64,000 bases of DNA from Batkoa obscura (lineage: Eukaryota). A program made the position numbers and the translations under genes. The stretch spans positions 1-64,000 of the forward strand of contig JASVEC010000028.1 in NCBI GenBank assembly GCA_030770535.1, written 5' to 3'. Positions 13,534 to 27,437 of this stretch are shown here, in pieces. The notes beneath the pieces were generated by a model. It was not told the origin of the DNA, ran no database searches, and saw only the letters and a program-made list of their open reading frames with translations. Each line of letters opens with the position of its first letter. Position 1 is the first letter of the stretch.

Positions 13534-15265
13534 ATGTCAAAAAGACAAATAGATCAAAATGATAAGCAAGCAAAGCAATTTCAAGCTGAATCAAATATAG
13601 ATAAAGTTCCAATTCAGCCTGAAGATGATATGGGCGAGTTTGAAGACCCTTTTGAAGATGAAATGGAAAGTGAAGAAGAAGTTATAGATCCAGACCAACA
13701 AGATGAAGGTAAACAGATTCATTATTTTATAGTTTAAACTAAAAATAAAAGTTACCGAAGTAAATGAAGAAGAAGAAGAGGAAGAAGAAAACAATTTAGA
13801 AGTATATTTACCTGGGGGTAAGCTTGAAGAGGGTGAGAAACTTGAAGTAGACAACTCCGCATATGTTATGTTACATTCTTTAAACGTACCATGGCCTTGC
13901 TTATCTTTTGATATTATAGAAGATCATTTAGGAAATGATAGAGCTAAGGTAACTTTTCTTAATGATATCATTCTATAGGTTAACATTTGTGTTATAGTTT
14001 CCTCTTACTTCATATTTAGTTACTGGAACCCAAGCAGATAAAGCAAATAAAAATGAAGTTATGGTTCTCAAGTTATCACAATTAAGTAAAACAAAATATG
14101 ATGATGGTATACTTTATTATTTTTAGTGTAAACATATTAACTTCTATAAAGATGATGAGGATATGTCTGATGATGATGAAATAGAAGATGATCCAATATT
14201 AGAATCTCGCTCTATTCCTCATTTCGGTGGAGTTAATAGAATTCGTGTAATTATATAATTTATTAATCTAAATATAACCAAATTAACTCAAATTTACAGT
14301 CAACAAAAATTGATAATAACATTGTAGCAGCAACCTGGTCTGATACTGGGAAAGTCCATATTTACGATTTACAGCCACATTTAGCTGCTTTAGATGTACC
14401 TGGACACACTATACCTCCTCGTGCACAACAACCAATTTATACAATAGAATCTCATGGCCAAGAAGGGTTTGCAATGGATTGGTCAACTATTCAATCTGGA
14501 AAGTAATATAATATAATATAATATTTTAATAATGTATTTATTTTTCAAGGCTTATAACTGGTGATTTTAATAACCGTATATATTTAAGTAATATAAGTAG
14601 TAATGGTATATCCCCTGATAGAGTTCCTTTCACTGGACATCAAGGATCTATTGAAGATTTACAATGGTCTCCATCTGAAGCGAATGTATTTTCTTCTTGT
14701 TCATCAGATTGTTCCGTAAAAATATGGGATATAAGAAATAAAAAACGTCCTGCATTAGGTATCACTGCTCACAGTGCAGATGTCAATGTAATTACTTGGA
14801 ATAAAAAAGTAAATTATTTGCTTGCTTCTGGTTCAGATGATGGAAGTTTTTCGGTTTGGGATTTACGTACATTTTCTAATAGTAAGGCTCCTACTCCAGT
14901 TGCAACATTTAAATGGCATTCTGCACCTATTACATCAATTGAGTGGCATCCAACAGAAGAATCTATTATTGGAGTTTCTGGAGCAGATGATCAAGTATCT
15001 CTTTGGGACTTATCTGTTGAACCTGACGAAGAAGATCCATCACATTCTACATTTAAACAAGCAAATGGATCAGATGTTCCACCACAACTTTTGTTTGTTC
15101 ATCAAGTAATTTTAAATATGTTTTATTTTATATTAGTTTATTTATTTATTTATTTATTAGGGACAAAATGATATTAAAGAGATACATTGGCATAAACAAA
15201 TTCCTGGATGTATGGTATCCACTTCTTATTCTGGATTCAATATTTTCAAGACTATTTCGATCTAA
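13534..15265 (+). CDS. RRB1: Ribosome assembly WD40 protein Rrb1/GRWD1 (multi-exon)
   Basis: [27 protein letters not shown] repeats ([21 protein letters not shown]), [20 protein letters not shown]. Confidence 0.93.
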
Positions 15266-15920
15266 TGTCTTGACGATGATATAGATGAGATTGTTAAAAA
15301 AAGTATAAGTGAATTTACTGTTTAGTTTATCTTCTCTTAAAGAATACTTAAATCAATAACATAGAGTTATAAAATATACTATTTAATCAAAATTTCTGGT
15401 AACTTTTATACTTTTTATTTCAAAAGTTTAAACAATATTTATATTTATATTTATATTTATATTTATGTATTGTATTAAATATATATTGATAATAGTAAGT
15501 AAAGTATTTTTTAATCAAAGACATAAGTTATTTACACATCAAAATAAATTTGATTATAAATTCCATAGTTGTTCATAGCCAACTTAAATATGAGATTTAA
15601 TAAAAATTTAAAACAAAAGTAAATAATAGAAAGTTAGAATGTTTATATTAAAGAATAAAGAATATTTGTTATTTAGTTGTTAACTAATGAGATATTGACT
15701 TAGAAATATACAAAGATAATATTAACATCTACGATATAGTTCATTGAATAATTAAATCTTCAGTCAACTTAGATTTGCTGAAGTATCTTAAAATACTATT
15801 ATAAAGGAATTAGTATCTTTATTCTTAAATAAATATAAAAGTCTAATAATAAATATAAAATGGGTATGATAATTTATTTATGAGAAATTAAAGTATACTT
15901 TGATGAGTTTCAATATTAGA

Positions 15921-16574
15921 TTATGCATTAACAATTGGAGTTGGTGCTTCAGAAGAATTACCTTGGCTATTGCCAACTTGATTTGAGTTATCACTACTAT
16001 TTGTTAAAGCACTATTGTCATTAGCAAAGAAATTGGAATTATTTTGTGGTAAAGCTACAGGAGGTGAGTTAGGTTGCATATTGTTTGATAAATCATTTGA
16101 ATTATTTTGTACATTGGGCTGAATTTGTGGATTAGGTTGAATATTATTATTATTTAATATAACAGGATTAGTTTGTACTGGTGATTGAATTTGGGGTTGT
16201 GCAGTTGGTTGAGAACGGAATAAAGTAATTGGTGGTCTTGTTGGAGTAATTGGAGGTAATGGCCATGGGGTTGGATTTGGTGGGTAATAATTATTGTAAT
16301 CATTATAAGTATTTGTTGGTCTTCTACTATTATCAAAATCATCAACACTACTTGTTTCTGGTCTTCTAATTGGAATATAAATAGGTTGTGGTACAGGTAC
16401 ATAAACTACTTTTTGTTTATATTTAGTCTTATATTTGATCTTTGTTTTATGTTTTGGATGATAATGGGGTTTATGTTTTGGATAATAATCATCATAGGAA
16501 TCCTCATAGGAATCATCATAATTTTTAGCTAATAAAGCTGATAAGAAACCAATAATAAGAATAGTATGTTTCAT
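15921..16574 (-). CDS. Secreted Tyr/Lys/Pro/Asn-rich low-complexity protein
   Basis: 217 aa ORF with signal peptide MKHTILIIGFLSALLA. Confidence 0.8.
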   Translation of the reverse strand: MKHTILIIGFLSALLAKNYDDSYEDSYDDYYPKHKPHYHPKHKTKIKYKTKYKQKVVYVPVPQPIYIPIRRPETSSVDDFDNSRRPTNTYNDYNNYYPPNPTPWPLPPITPTRPPITLFRSQPTAQPQIQSPVQTNPVILNNNNIQPNPQIQPNVQNNSNDLSNNMQPNSPPVALPQNNSNFFANDNSALTNSSDNSNQVGNSQGNSSEAPTPIVNA

Positions 16575-17178
16575 TATTTTAATTAATATTTAATAATTTA
16601 TGTATTAAGCTTATTTATATATCATTTTAGTATTCTATATACATAATGACTTGTTTATATCATGATTATAAACATATTATATAATAAGTAAAGTGATCAG
16701 CTATTTTGTATCTAATTTTACTATTAACCGATTTAACGTAATTAAATCAAAAATTAAAAAATTAAGTTTCAAATTCAACAGTCAATAAAGGAATTAAATT
16801 AATATTAAGATCTTAAAATTATGTTAAGTGGTATTATTGAAATTTGGTTATAAATTAATATGAATTTAATGATATTATGATCTATATTATGGTATATCTC
16901 TATACAGTAAATACTTAAAAAGTTACTTAAGCATAAAATTTTGAATAAATAATTCATTCCTATTTTATTTGTAACGAGAAAAAAAATTAAAAAATTTGAC
17001 TTATTTTTAGTTGTTAATTTAAATTAAACTAACTGTAAATTCACTTTAAGTTTACTAACTGTAAATTTCCGGAAAATCATAAATCATAAATAAATAATAA
17101 TATAAATAAATAAAAAATCATATATATATATATATATATAATTACTAAACAGAAGAAAAAGTAAGTTTAAACTAAATC

Positions 17179-17733
17179 ATGAAATCTATTGTATTATTAG
17201 GGTTTATTAGCCTTGCATCAAGTCATTATGAGCATCAAGAATATCATGAGTCTCATCATCCAAAGCATTACCAAGAATATAAAGATAATGAATATTATGG
17301 TGGCTGGAAAGATAAAGTAAAGAAATATTTTGACGAAAAAGACTATAAAGGATCTTATGATGATGACTACCATGGTGATTATAAAATTACTCCTATAAAT
17401 TTATACGTTGAAGATAGCAATAACTTATCAAATGAAAAGAAAGATTATAAAGAGAATGAAAAGAAAGAAGAAATCAAAGTAAATGAACCTAAAGAAGAGT
17501 ATCATGATAATGAAAAGAAGGAAGATATGCCTGCGCCTATGCCTACTAATTCAGAAAAGAAACAAGATATGCCTATTCCTACTAGTTCAGAAAAGAAACA
17601 AGATGTGCCTATGTCCACTAGAGATATTACTAGACAACCTCAAAACCGTAAGAATAGCATTAAATCTACTCGCTTAGAACCAAATCAGCCTGCTCCAACT
17701 GAAATTGTTGAATTCGAGCCAGTATCAAATTAA
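17179..17733 (+). CDS. Secreted His/Tyr/Glu/Lys-rich protein with internal SEKKQDMP-like repeats
   Basis: 184 aa ORF with signal peptide MKSIVLLGFISLASS. Confidence 0.8.
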   Translation: MKSIVLLGFISLASSHYEHQEYHESHHPKHYQEYKDNEYYGGWKDKVKKYFDEKDYKGSYDDDYHGDYKITPINLYVEDSNNLSNEKKDYKENEKKEEIKVNEPKEEYHDNEKKEDMPAPMPTNSEKKQDMPIPTSSEKKQDVPMSTRDITRQPQNRKNSIKSTRLEPNQPAPTEIVEFEPVSN

Positions 17734-17819
17734 TAATAAAGTCATTTAATAAATAATTTTAATTTTAATTTTTATATTATTTATATTTATCTATATTTAT
17801 TTATATATTGTTTAAAATA

Positions 17820-18616
17820 TTATCCTAAAGGACGTGGGATATTTAATGAGCTATTAAGGTTTTGTTGGATCGGTAAGGGTAGAGAGGGTAATGTATTTAA
17901 AAGTGGTTTAGTATAAGTTACACTAAATTGGGACTTGGAAGTGATTTTAGTGTTGGCATTTACAGGAATGGATTCATAAATAACTTCATTAAATATTGAA
18001 GTCATTTTGATATTAATTTTACCACCTTCACCTAATGGTAGACCACCAAATAAATTAAAATTCAATCTTTTAAATGGAATTGTGCTTCCATTCACATCAA
18101 TAACAACATCTTTTACAGGAACAGCTAAATTAGTTACTCTAAAAATTAAATTTAATATATATTAATATATATGATATGAATATTATAATATTACAATAAT
18201 GCAATTGTTTTTACATTAGGAGGATAAACCCAATAATATTCAACTGTCCCTAAAACTGGACAAGGCGAGAATGCCCAATCAACTTCTATAAAGCCTAAAG
18301 ACAAATCTCCTATTTTTGAAAATGAATCTCTATCCATAACAATATCCGTCGGATTACATCCAAGACATTGATCAACTATAGTAACTTGTATCGATTGTTG
18401 ACTTAATCTATTTTTGATTACTGCACATAAACCACATGAATAGGTATCAACAAAATTACTTGGTCCAACTGCGGCATAAAATTTAAAAGCGTTATCATTG
18501 AACGCACATTTAGTTGTACTCAATGGAAACGAGTTATATCTTGCAAGCCCACTATATGTATCTGCATATACTATAGTAAATAAAAATAAAATGAAATAAT
18601 TAATTATAAATAACAT
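17820..18616 (-). CDS. Expansin-like protein (DPBB + CBM63), one intron at ~18140-18194
   Basis: Signal peptide; SCGLCAVI, VTIVDQCLGC, VDWAFSPCP; spliced exon 2 VTNLAVPVKDV...FKRLNFNLF resembles expansin domain 2. Confidence 0.8.
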
Positions 18617-19416
18617 ATTCTATAAGATAAAGATCAATTAAAAGTGAAATTTAATTAAAGTTGAGGTTTATAAATTATATTAACTATCTGTGTATGATAA
18701 ACATCGGAATTTTATCTATAAGTGAAATGAAGTAGTAATAATTTTTCCTTGATATAAAACTATAAATTAATGTAAAGTAACTGAAATTATGGATTTTAAA
18801 TTTTACAAGTATAGTGAGACTGTAAGTTATGTTTAGTTATCAAATTCAATGAATTAAACTTTAACGTTTAATGTCTTATATCCTTATTTTTTACTTTTCA
18901 ACTGAAAAACATAATAAAATGTAAACTATTCAGTTAGATTTTATTTAGTAAAATAAAATATCTGAATCATAACTTTGAATTTATAACTAGTATCCTTATT
19001 TTAATGATTAAACATAATTAATTCTACCTAAAGCCATTAATAGAATTAAAGCCTTTACTTAAACACATAGAAGTACCGTTTTTTATAAGTAAATTCTAAT
19101 TAAATTACAATTTTGAAGTAAATATTTAGCTTATAAAACAATAATTTATAACTCTTGGTGTACTTATTACCAGTAGTAGATATGAATGATTTCATAAATG
19201 TATGACTAATATCGTCCTGGAAGTTACCAGTCCCTCCTTAAAACCTAATTAAAATACAAGGAACGTATGTAACAAAGGAGCTTTAGGAAATAGTACTATA
19301 TATCAATTTTATTCATTTACAATAAGACAAATTTATTTATATCTAGTTATATAGTAAGATGTGCCCAATAAAGGGTGTTTGAACATTGATTTTTATTAGC
19401 ATATAAAAAGTTATAT

Positions 19417-19515
19417 GAGGATGTGTTTTTTTGTTTAAGAATTTTACTAACAATCTTTCCGCTGAAATAGCGCTTGAAAAATGAAAAAAGCAATGAACCC
19501 AAAAAAAACATCCCC
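19417..19515 (+). mobile_element. MITE copy 4
   Basis: GAGGATGTG...ACATCCCC, TSD ATAT/ATAT. Confidence 0.9.
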
Positions 19516-20365
19516 ATATTATGAGGAAATTAACGAACAGAAAGATCAAGTATCAACATGTAGTAACTTAATAATTTTTTGAATATCAATCAAAGTATAA
19601 ATAGGTGCTTTAATAATATATATAAAGATTGTAGCAATATAAATGAAATCTAGTTATTTTAATACTAGAATTAAGCTTCTAATATAACCTTAAGGAATCT
19701 CTAGGGTTTTTCTAAACAGAAAAAATAAAAATAAAAATTCTAATTTCTCTAATTACTAACTTCCTTTTTTACTTTTTTTTGTATTGAATTTTTATTAATA
19801 AATAGCCAAAAATAGATGTTAATATAAACTAATCTATTAAACTGGGTTTATATTAATTGATTTTCAAGTATAAAGCCAACAATCAATTATACACAAGTGA
19901 TATAAATACTTAAAACTTATTCAACTCAAATAAAGATTTTAAAAAAACGACAGTAATTTAAAAAAGAGGCTACACATGAAATCACTAATAAAATAACTAA
20001 TTAACAAATTATAAGAATTGTCAAAAAATCAACTCAAAGTTAACCCTATACTCATATGATTATTACTAATGTTAAAGATATATCATTGCACTTATAGCGA
20101 AATTAAATACCTCACTTGCATAAATTGTTAATAAGTAAATATAGAATTAACTATTATTAGTATGAATAAAATAGGTTTGAAATAGTTTTTAAACACTACA
20201 AAACAAAGCGGTTCAAATATAATGAAATATTCAGCAGAACCAAATTAACATATCTGTGTTTAGTTAAAAAATAGATATAAATACAAAGCATTAAAAAAAA
20301 TTATCAAAATTTAACACTCTTTTATTAAGGATATCAAACTAATAATATAACCACACTTATCAAAG

Positions 20366-21943
20366 ATGAAAATAGATTATAGCCCATTATTTGATAGTTA
20401 CAAAGCAAAAGGGATTCAAAGAGACAAACGACCAAAGCCATTGGATTTAAACTATAATGGATATCAGCCATTATTTGATATGATCAAAAGTTCAGGGATT
20501 CGTATGAGAAGTGCAAGGCTAAATATAAATATAAAATCAAGCAATAAATTAATAGAGATAAACGAAGTTATAAAAGAAAAAATACACACCAGTAATATTT
20601 ATAACAATGGGAAAAATAACACTATACCAAAGTCCTTTATATTTCTACAAACAATTGAGCTCTTTATTAATGTAGGACTACGCTCGATATTAATATTTTA
20701 CTTAAATTCAAAAGTCGGTACAAACCCAGAACAGTCGAAACATATAACTCATCTGTTTGGGGCTCTAATTTATTTATTTCCATTAATAATGGGGATAATA
20801 TCTGATATAGTATTAAATGAATATTATTGTTCATTGATTTGTATAGTGATACTAAATATTGGCCTATTAATATTATTCCTAACATCGTTTAGTCCTTCAC
20901 TCTACTTTTATTATATACTGTTAAGTTTATTTTTAATATCAATAGGATTAGGAGGACTAAAACCAAATTTAAACTCATTGGCAATATTAAAAATGGAAAG
21001 TAACAACATATCAGAATATAATATAAAGAGATATTTTAATTATAATTTTATATTTAATACATTATCTATTACATGCGCATCATTTATAGTACCATATTTA
21101 ATATCATTTAGATGCAATAAGTCAAATCAATGTTATCCCATTCCATTTTCATTACTATTGTTACTATCTATATTGATGTTTGGGATATTTTTATTTAAAA
21201 GTGATGAGAGTATTAAAAAAATAATACCAAAAGAAAAAAAGGTGTACAATAATAAATATATAAACAATTTGATTAATACATTTTTATTAATAAGTCCACT
21301 ATCTTTTTTTTGGATGTTATATGATCAAGGTATGACAGTTTGGCAATATCAATATGAGAATATGAATAAAGAATGGCTAATTCCAACAATTAGTATTCCA
21401 ACAGAAATAATAGGCTCAATAACAAATTTTTTATTGATTACAATATTAATAATAATAATTTTTTTAATCGACCCTTTACTTAACTCGTATAAAATACAAT
21501 TCAATGGTATGCCACGTATGATAATAGCTTTCCTTTGCTTGATAACCGCTTATATTGGATCTAACATTTTACAATATAAAATTCAACAAAATCAAGTAGA
21601 CAATTTAATAAATAAAGTATATCTAAACAATCGAATAGTAAAATGTGATAACTGTTTACCAGGTTCATTGCAAATATTTCAGTTATTTTTCCAAGCTTTA
21701 GCTGAGGCATTATTAGGAACTTCAACTCCACAATTCGCATACTCCGAAAGCCATAGTAACCTAAGAAATATTACACAAGGTATTTTATTCCTTACCAATT
21801 CTATAGGGAATTTCTTAGTTTACTTCATAGATGGATTCGTGTTATTTAACACTTCAACTACAAATAGTATGTGGGCTTATATAGGGCTATCTATTATAGC
21901 TAATATTATATTTTTATTTTTATACTTTTATAAAAAACAATAA
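20366..21943 (+). CDS. POT/PTR2-family (MFS) oligopeptide transporter, divergent, intronless
   Basis: Many TM segments; IGLGGLKPN, FWMLYDQG, FAYSES..NLR; ExxER motif degenerate (QTIELFINVGLR). Confidence 0.8.
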   Translation: MKIDYSPLFDSYKAKGIQRDKRPKPLDLNYNGYQPLFDMIKSSGIRMRSARLNINIKSSNKLIEINEVIKEKIHTSNIYNNGKNNTIPKSFIFLQTIELFINVGLRSILIFYLNSKVGTNPEQSKHITHLFGALIYLFPLIMGIISDIVLNEYYCSLICIVILNIGLLILFLTSFSPSLYFYYILLSLFLISIGLGGLKPNLNSLAILKMESNNISEYNIKRYFNYNFIFNTLSITCASFIVPYLISFRCNKSNQCYPIPFSLLLLLSILMFGIFLFKSDESIKKIIPKEKKVYNNKYINNLINTFLLISPLSFFWMLYDQGMTVWQYQYENMNKEWLIPTISIPTEIIGSITNFLLITILIIIIFLIDPLLNSYKIQFNGMPRMIIAFLCLITAYIGSNILQYKIQQNQVDNLINKVYLNNRIVKCDNCLPGSLQIFQLFFQALAEALLGTSTPQFAYSESHSNLRNITQGILFLTNSIGNFLVYFIDGFVLFNTSTTNSMWAYIGLSIIANIIFLFLYFYKKQ

Positions 21944-22006
21944 TAAACTAATAAATTAATTATTTTCTTATTTATTTTTAATAATGATAATATAGGATTT
22001 AATATT

Positions 22007-25000
22007 TCAAAGATCTTGTATTGTTAAAATTTCTAATTCATTGAAACAGCATGACTCAGGCTGATTTAAACGCAAAGTTTCGATTTCTTCAAGTGGGCGG
22101 AAAAATACTTTTAAATTAACAACACCTAATTCGGTACCTACTTTTAAAAGCCATTCACGCCATGGTTTAGGGTTTGGTAAATTAACATTTAAGGTCTCTC
22201 GTAATGGCTTAGGAATATCACTTTTAATAGGAAGATCTTCATACCTTAGATCAGATCGAAGTAAAGATTGTAAAGAGACCGGAATAGTTGAATTGAAATT
22301 AATAGCAACATAGATAAAACTAGTATTATCAGGAACCCGAAGACTATACGCACTTTCGTTCACGCTAATATCATGTCGCATTAGAGGAGTATAATTACTA
22401 TTTATACCATTTATGGCCCCTTGAAATGATATTATTGTGAGATTTTGGATTATTCTTAGAGGATAATTTACTATAAATGAAATATTATTAAGTTATATTT
22501 TAAAAAAATAAAATTACCATTTATTTCATCTAGCTTTATATCAATGTTGTCAATCATACCATCTTCATCATATTTGATTCTTTTGTTTGATTCATCAAAT
22601 GACTCATCTGTATAGAGAATATAACTTTGTGATTCATTATAAGCTTGATAAAAGTTTGAATTGTCTGCTATTTCTTCAATGTTACCATACGATCCTTCGG
22701 ATGACAAACTAGGTGATCTAACTTCTTCTTCTTCTTCTGGTGGTTTAATTAAAAATGGCTCAAATCCTAAATCGGTATCTAAGTAACACACTCAATATAT
22801 GCAATTTTTATCAAATTAAACTTACTTCCTATATTTTCTATACTGTTATTTGACCGATTTGATTTACTATTACTATGTTTATGTGTACATGAATATTTTT
22901 TTGCAAAAGGAACTCTTTTTAAATTGAGACCAACTTCTCTTTCTACTAATCTGTATGGAAAATATGGATAAACACTGATATATTTTGCTCGATCAACCGC
23001 AGGCTTAAACTTATTTTGTTCAGAAGGTGCATAAATAAATTCGTAAAAGAAAGTATCACTATCACTATGGTCTTTGGAATAATCTTAAATAAAGAAGTTA
23101 GGGTTTTAAAAATTTATAAAAAATAATAGTTATTACAACACTGATACTTCTTTACAAATAATAGGCAGCACTTCCTGCTTATTGCTCCCATTACGTACAA
23201 ATTCTTATTTTGTGTTTTAAATACTTCGTTAGGCTCAAAACCATAATTTATACTTGAAGGTATCTAAAATGTATTACTTTAAAATATATATCTAATTTTA
23301 AAATTTAGATTTACAGCATCTTTAAAAATAAACTTTGATCCGGTAATATAAGCATCCTCTCTAATATATGAATTAATATTTTTTAACATTATTGTTTTGA
23401 TGTACCCTTTTCGTGTTATACAGCTAATAGATATTATGACATCCATATTTAACTCTTGATCATAAACTAGCACATTATCACCTAAGAAAGTTTAATTAAG
23501 ATTGGCTAGAATAAAAATATGCACACCTTACCTAAGCTATATATTACACCATCATAGTAATAAGTTAACAAGCCAGAGCTCTAAAATAACATAAATAATG
23601 TCAATGAATTATTGTACTCTTTACCTTATACTGCTTCACATTTATTTCTTTATTTAATCCTAATTTTAAGAGTTCACTGCTTAAAAAATCATAAACAAAC
23701 TAAAAATTAAAAATTAATGTTTATATTAAATATTAAATATACCTCCAATACAATGGACTTCTTGACTAAAGGATGGCTTTGATCATAGTATTCTTGTACA
23801 TTCCTTGTTAATAGCTTTATATTCTTATCCAAATCACTTATACTTTTGATAGCATTTATCCTATTCTATAACTATTAATCTTAATAAAAAGCTTACATCA
23901 ATAAAACTACTTTAATCATGATAATGTTAATAGGACTAGTAATTATTTCATAATAATCCGGATAGTCTTCGATTGGAGGTAAATTCGCAAAATAAGATAC
24001 TAATGGTTTATCGTCACTAATTTTATAATATCATTAATAGTATTTTTTTAATGTAGAATTATATTCAACCTTTTATCCGTGTATTCTAAAATCTGATTAA
24101 ACAATTCGTTCAATATTAAACTGCACTGTTTACTAATTTCAATCGGTGCCATTTCCCCTTCATTTTTTTTTAGCCTTTTTAATATGTTTTCTTTCATATA
24201 GATTTTATGTGTTTCCAATATTTCTAAGATTTCTTTCATTTCTTGATCGCTTAGTTTTAAATTCATCGATCTTTTTCGTTTGGGTGTTTCTTTTTTAATG
24301 TTGATTTCAATAGTATTATCCGTGTTTTTTTCTTCAATTTCTGTCATAAAATCCACATTGATATTTCCTATACTATCATTAATTTCATTCGATGGAAGCC
24401 CATCTCTATAATAGGCTTTGCCATGTTTAAAAAAATATCTAGATACAGAGCCCTCCTCGAATTTTAACTGATCCAATGGTATATAATTATCCTTCGAAAA
24501 TAAGTAAATATATTTTTACATAATAAGGTAATTTTACTTTTAAAATACTTTTTCTCCAATTCTCAAAATCATAGTATCTATCAAAACTAATACTTGAGGC
24601 ATGTAACTGATTAGAAGTTTCTATATCTAAATTTGAAACTTTAAGGAGATGGTAACAAACTTTTGGATTTCCTAAATTTATTATTATTATTTTTCGGATC
24701 ATTTTAACAATACATTATCTATATAATACATACCACCTAATGCCCCCCATTCCAAAGCATTGAGATTGAAAATAGGGTCTACAGTATCAGGACTATAAGA
24801 CTCTCCTAATAAGAATAATAATCCACGAATCCTTCCGAAAAAGCTAGCAGATTGTAAAGGGGTGAAATAAACTTGACAACCGTTAAATGTAAGTTTAATT
24901 GGTGTATCCATATCGTTCTTCTTATAATTTTTTCCATCCTTTATTGTAATGTCATGATGCACAAACAGCTTACTTAATATTTCTCCATCTATTAAAACAA

Positions 25001-26012
25001 TTTGTTATGAAAGATAGTTTTATTAAGAACATTAAATTACCAATGACTGGTCCAGTTCTTATATATTTTTTTACTATATTCCATTTAGCATCAAAAATTT
25101 GCTGTAAAGTACAATCCATGTCACCAGATATTGGTTTTTTTTCGCCATAAGGTATTATTTCCTTTTCCCCATCGATTGTATTGTCTAAGTAAGCGCGTTT
25201 TAAATTATTTTTAATCTTTGGTTATATCATGATCTTTACCCTCTTCTTGATTTGGAGATGGTTTTCTTTCAATTTTATTAATCTCTTTCTCCAACTCTAT
25301 CATTGCCTCAAGAGCGGGATCTTTTTTAACATAATATTCTTTTTTATATCCCTTTGCTTTTATCTTTTAGCATTCATCTTAATAAATTCAAAAAATTACC
25401 ATTTAAATCAATATCCTTCATAAAAGGATTGTACTTTAAATACTGTGATACTCTGCGCATACCTTTCTAAAAAATATTTTTATATGATAGCCCAATTTCT
25501 ATTAATTTAAGTTACCATTATATTATCAGCATCTTCATAAATTTCAGAATCTGGCATATTGTACTGTTTCGCATTGTCAGTCAACAATAACCAATCTTTA
25601 AAAAAGGCATCCCAATCTTTATATTCTTCTTTTTGAACTTTTTTCTAAGATTAAGTAATAAATAAAACATAAATTTGATTAGTTACTATATTACTTGAAT
25701 AGATTTAATTGAAATTGGTCTTTTGATCTCTTTATAATAATCTGGATAGTCTTCTTTCGATGGTAATTCTACAAACATCTCGCTTATATTCCTTTTACTT
25801 TAAAAGATATTTAGTACATGAATTAAATTATTCCCTCATTTTATTACTCAACGTCTTTTAAGTTATTAATCCATTTAATAGTATGTTTAAACGCAGTCTT
25901 CAAATCCCAATTTTCTGCTTCTGGGTCCTGTCTTATTTAGTAAAGATTTAGATGTACTATTTTATTAATTTACTCTTTTGATCTTTCTTCCATTTAACGC
26001 CAATTTCTTCAT
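22007..26012 (-). CDS. RSC1/RSC2-polybromo-like chromatin remodelling subunit (bromodomains + BAH; many exons)
   Basis: EMFVELPSKEDYPDYYKEIKRPISI and YFANLPPIEDYPDYYEIITSPINI bromodomain motifs; YKLGDNVLV...FEPNEVFKT BAH-like segment. Confidence 0.72.
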
Positions 26013-26230
26013 AACTATAAACGTAAAAAGTAAAAAGTTGTATTGTTCAGATATTTACACTGTCATACTTATTTTTGATTAGTGAGTTTATTTATTGAAT
26101 ATTATTTGATGCCAACTTAATTTAGTAGTAATTTATTATGAATAAAGTCAAATAAATTAAGCATGTTGATAATATCTTTTTACTATTCGAATAATAATAT
26201 TAACTTGCAAATATATCAATACAATAAACT

Positions 26231-27437
26231 ATGATTAAAAACAAGATATTAGTACCTTTTAGTGAGCTTCGCTTGAGTACGGTTTTGAAAAATGGGCAAA
26301 GTTTCACTTGGGAAAAGACTGGGGATAAAGAATGGTAATTATTGCCTAAAACCAATAAAGTTGTTTTAAAAAACAATAGGACTTCGGTATTAAACGGGTT
26401 GCTTTTAAGTTTGACTCAGCTAGGTGGATATGTTGTTATTAATTTACTATTTATTATTTACAATTATAGATGATGGAATAGAATATAAAATACATTCAAA
26501 CTTAAAACAGCTAAATGAAGAAAATATTAAAAAAATAATAGTTGATTATTTCCAATTAGAAAGAATAAATCTCTCACTTTTGTACAAATCCTGGTCTAAG
26601 AAAGATACTAACTTTGCTAAAAAAGGATTGAGATTTCCTGGTATTAGAGTTTTACGACAAGATCCCCTCGAAAATTTATTTAGCTTTATATGTTCATCTA
26701 ATAATAACATAGCTAGGATAACAAAAATGGTATTCATTTCCCTACTCTGATTCAAATTCATTTAATTTTTATAGGTCCAGAATTTATGTGAACATTATGG
26801 TGAATTAGTTGGAGAATATCAGAATAAAAAATATTATAGCTTCCCTAAAATTGAATGTTTAATTGAAGATCAAGTAGAAGCCAAATTGAGGACTTTAGGT
26901 TTTGGATATAGAGCAAAGTATATAAATAAATCTGCAAAAAAGTTAGAGAAGTTGGGTGGTGAAGAGTGGCTACTTAACTTAAGAGATGTCCCATATGAAA
27001 AATGTAAACACGAGCTTTTAATGTTAGAAGGAGTAAAATAATTGTAATCTTTTATAAAAATTTAGATTTAAATTAAATATATAAGGTTGGGCCCAAAGTT
27101 GCAGATTGTGTGGTAATTTAAAATTTTTATTTTTATTTTTGTTTTTATTTTTATTTAAACTGTTTAGTGCTTGATGTCATTGGATAAGCATGGTGCCATA
27201 CCAGTAGACACACACGTTTTTCAAATTGCGAAAAGAGATTATGGATTTAAAGGGAGTAGAAATAAAACTTTAAGTAGAAAAGAATATGATTCAATTAATC
27301 AACATTTTAGAGACATCTTTGGAGAATACGCTGGCTGGGCCCATTCGGTACAGTTGTTATTTTGTAGTTTTTAATTTCTAACTATGATTTAGATTTTGTT
27401 TACTGCTGATTTAAAAATGTATGAAGAAGTTAGTTAG
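26231..27437 (+). CDS. OGG1: 8-oxoguanine DNA glycosylase (multi-exon)
   Basis: [70 protein letters not shown]. Confidence 0.95.
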
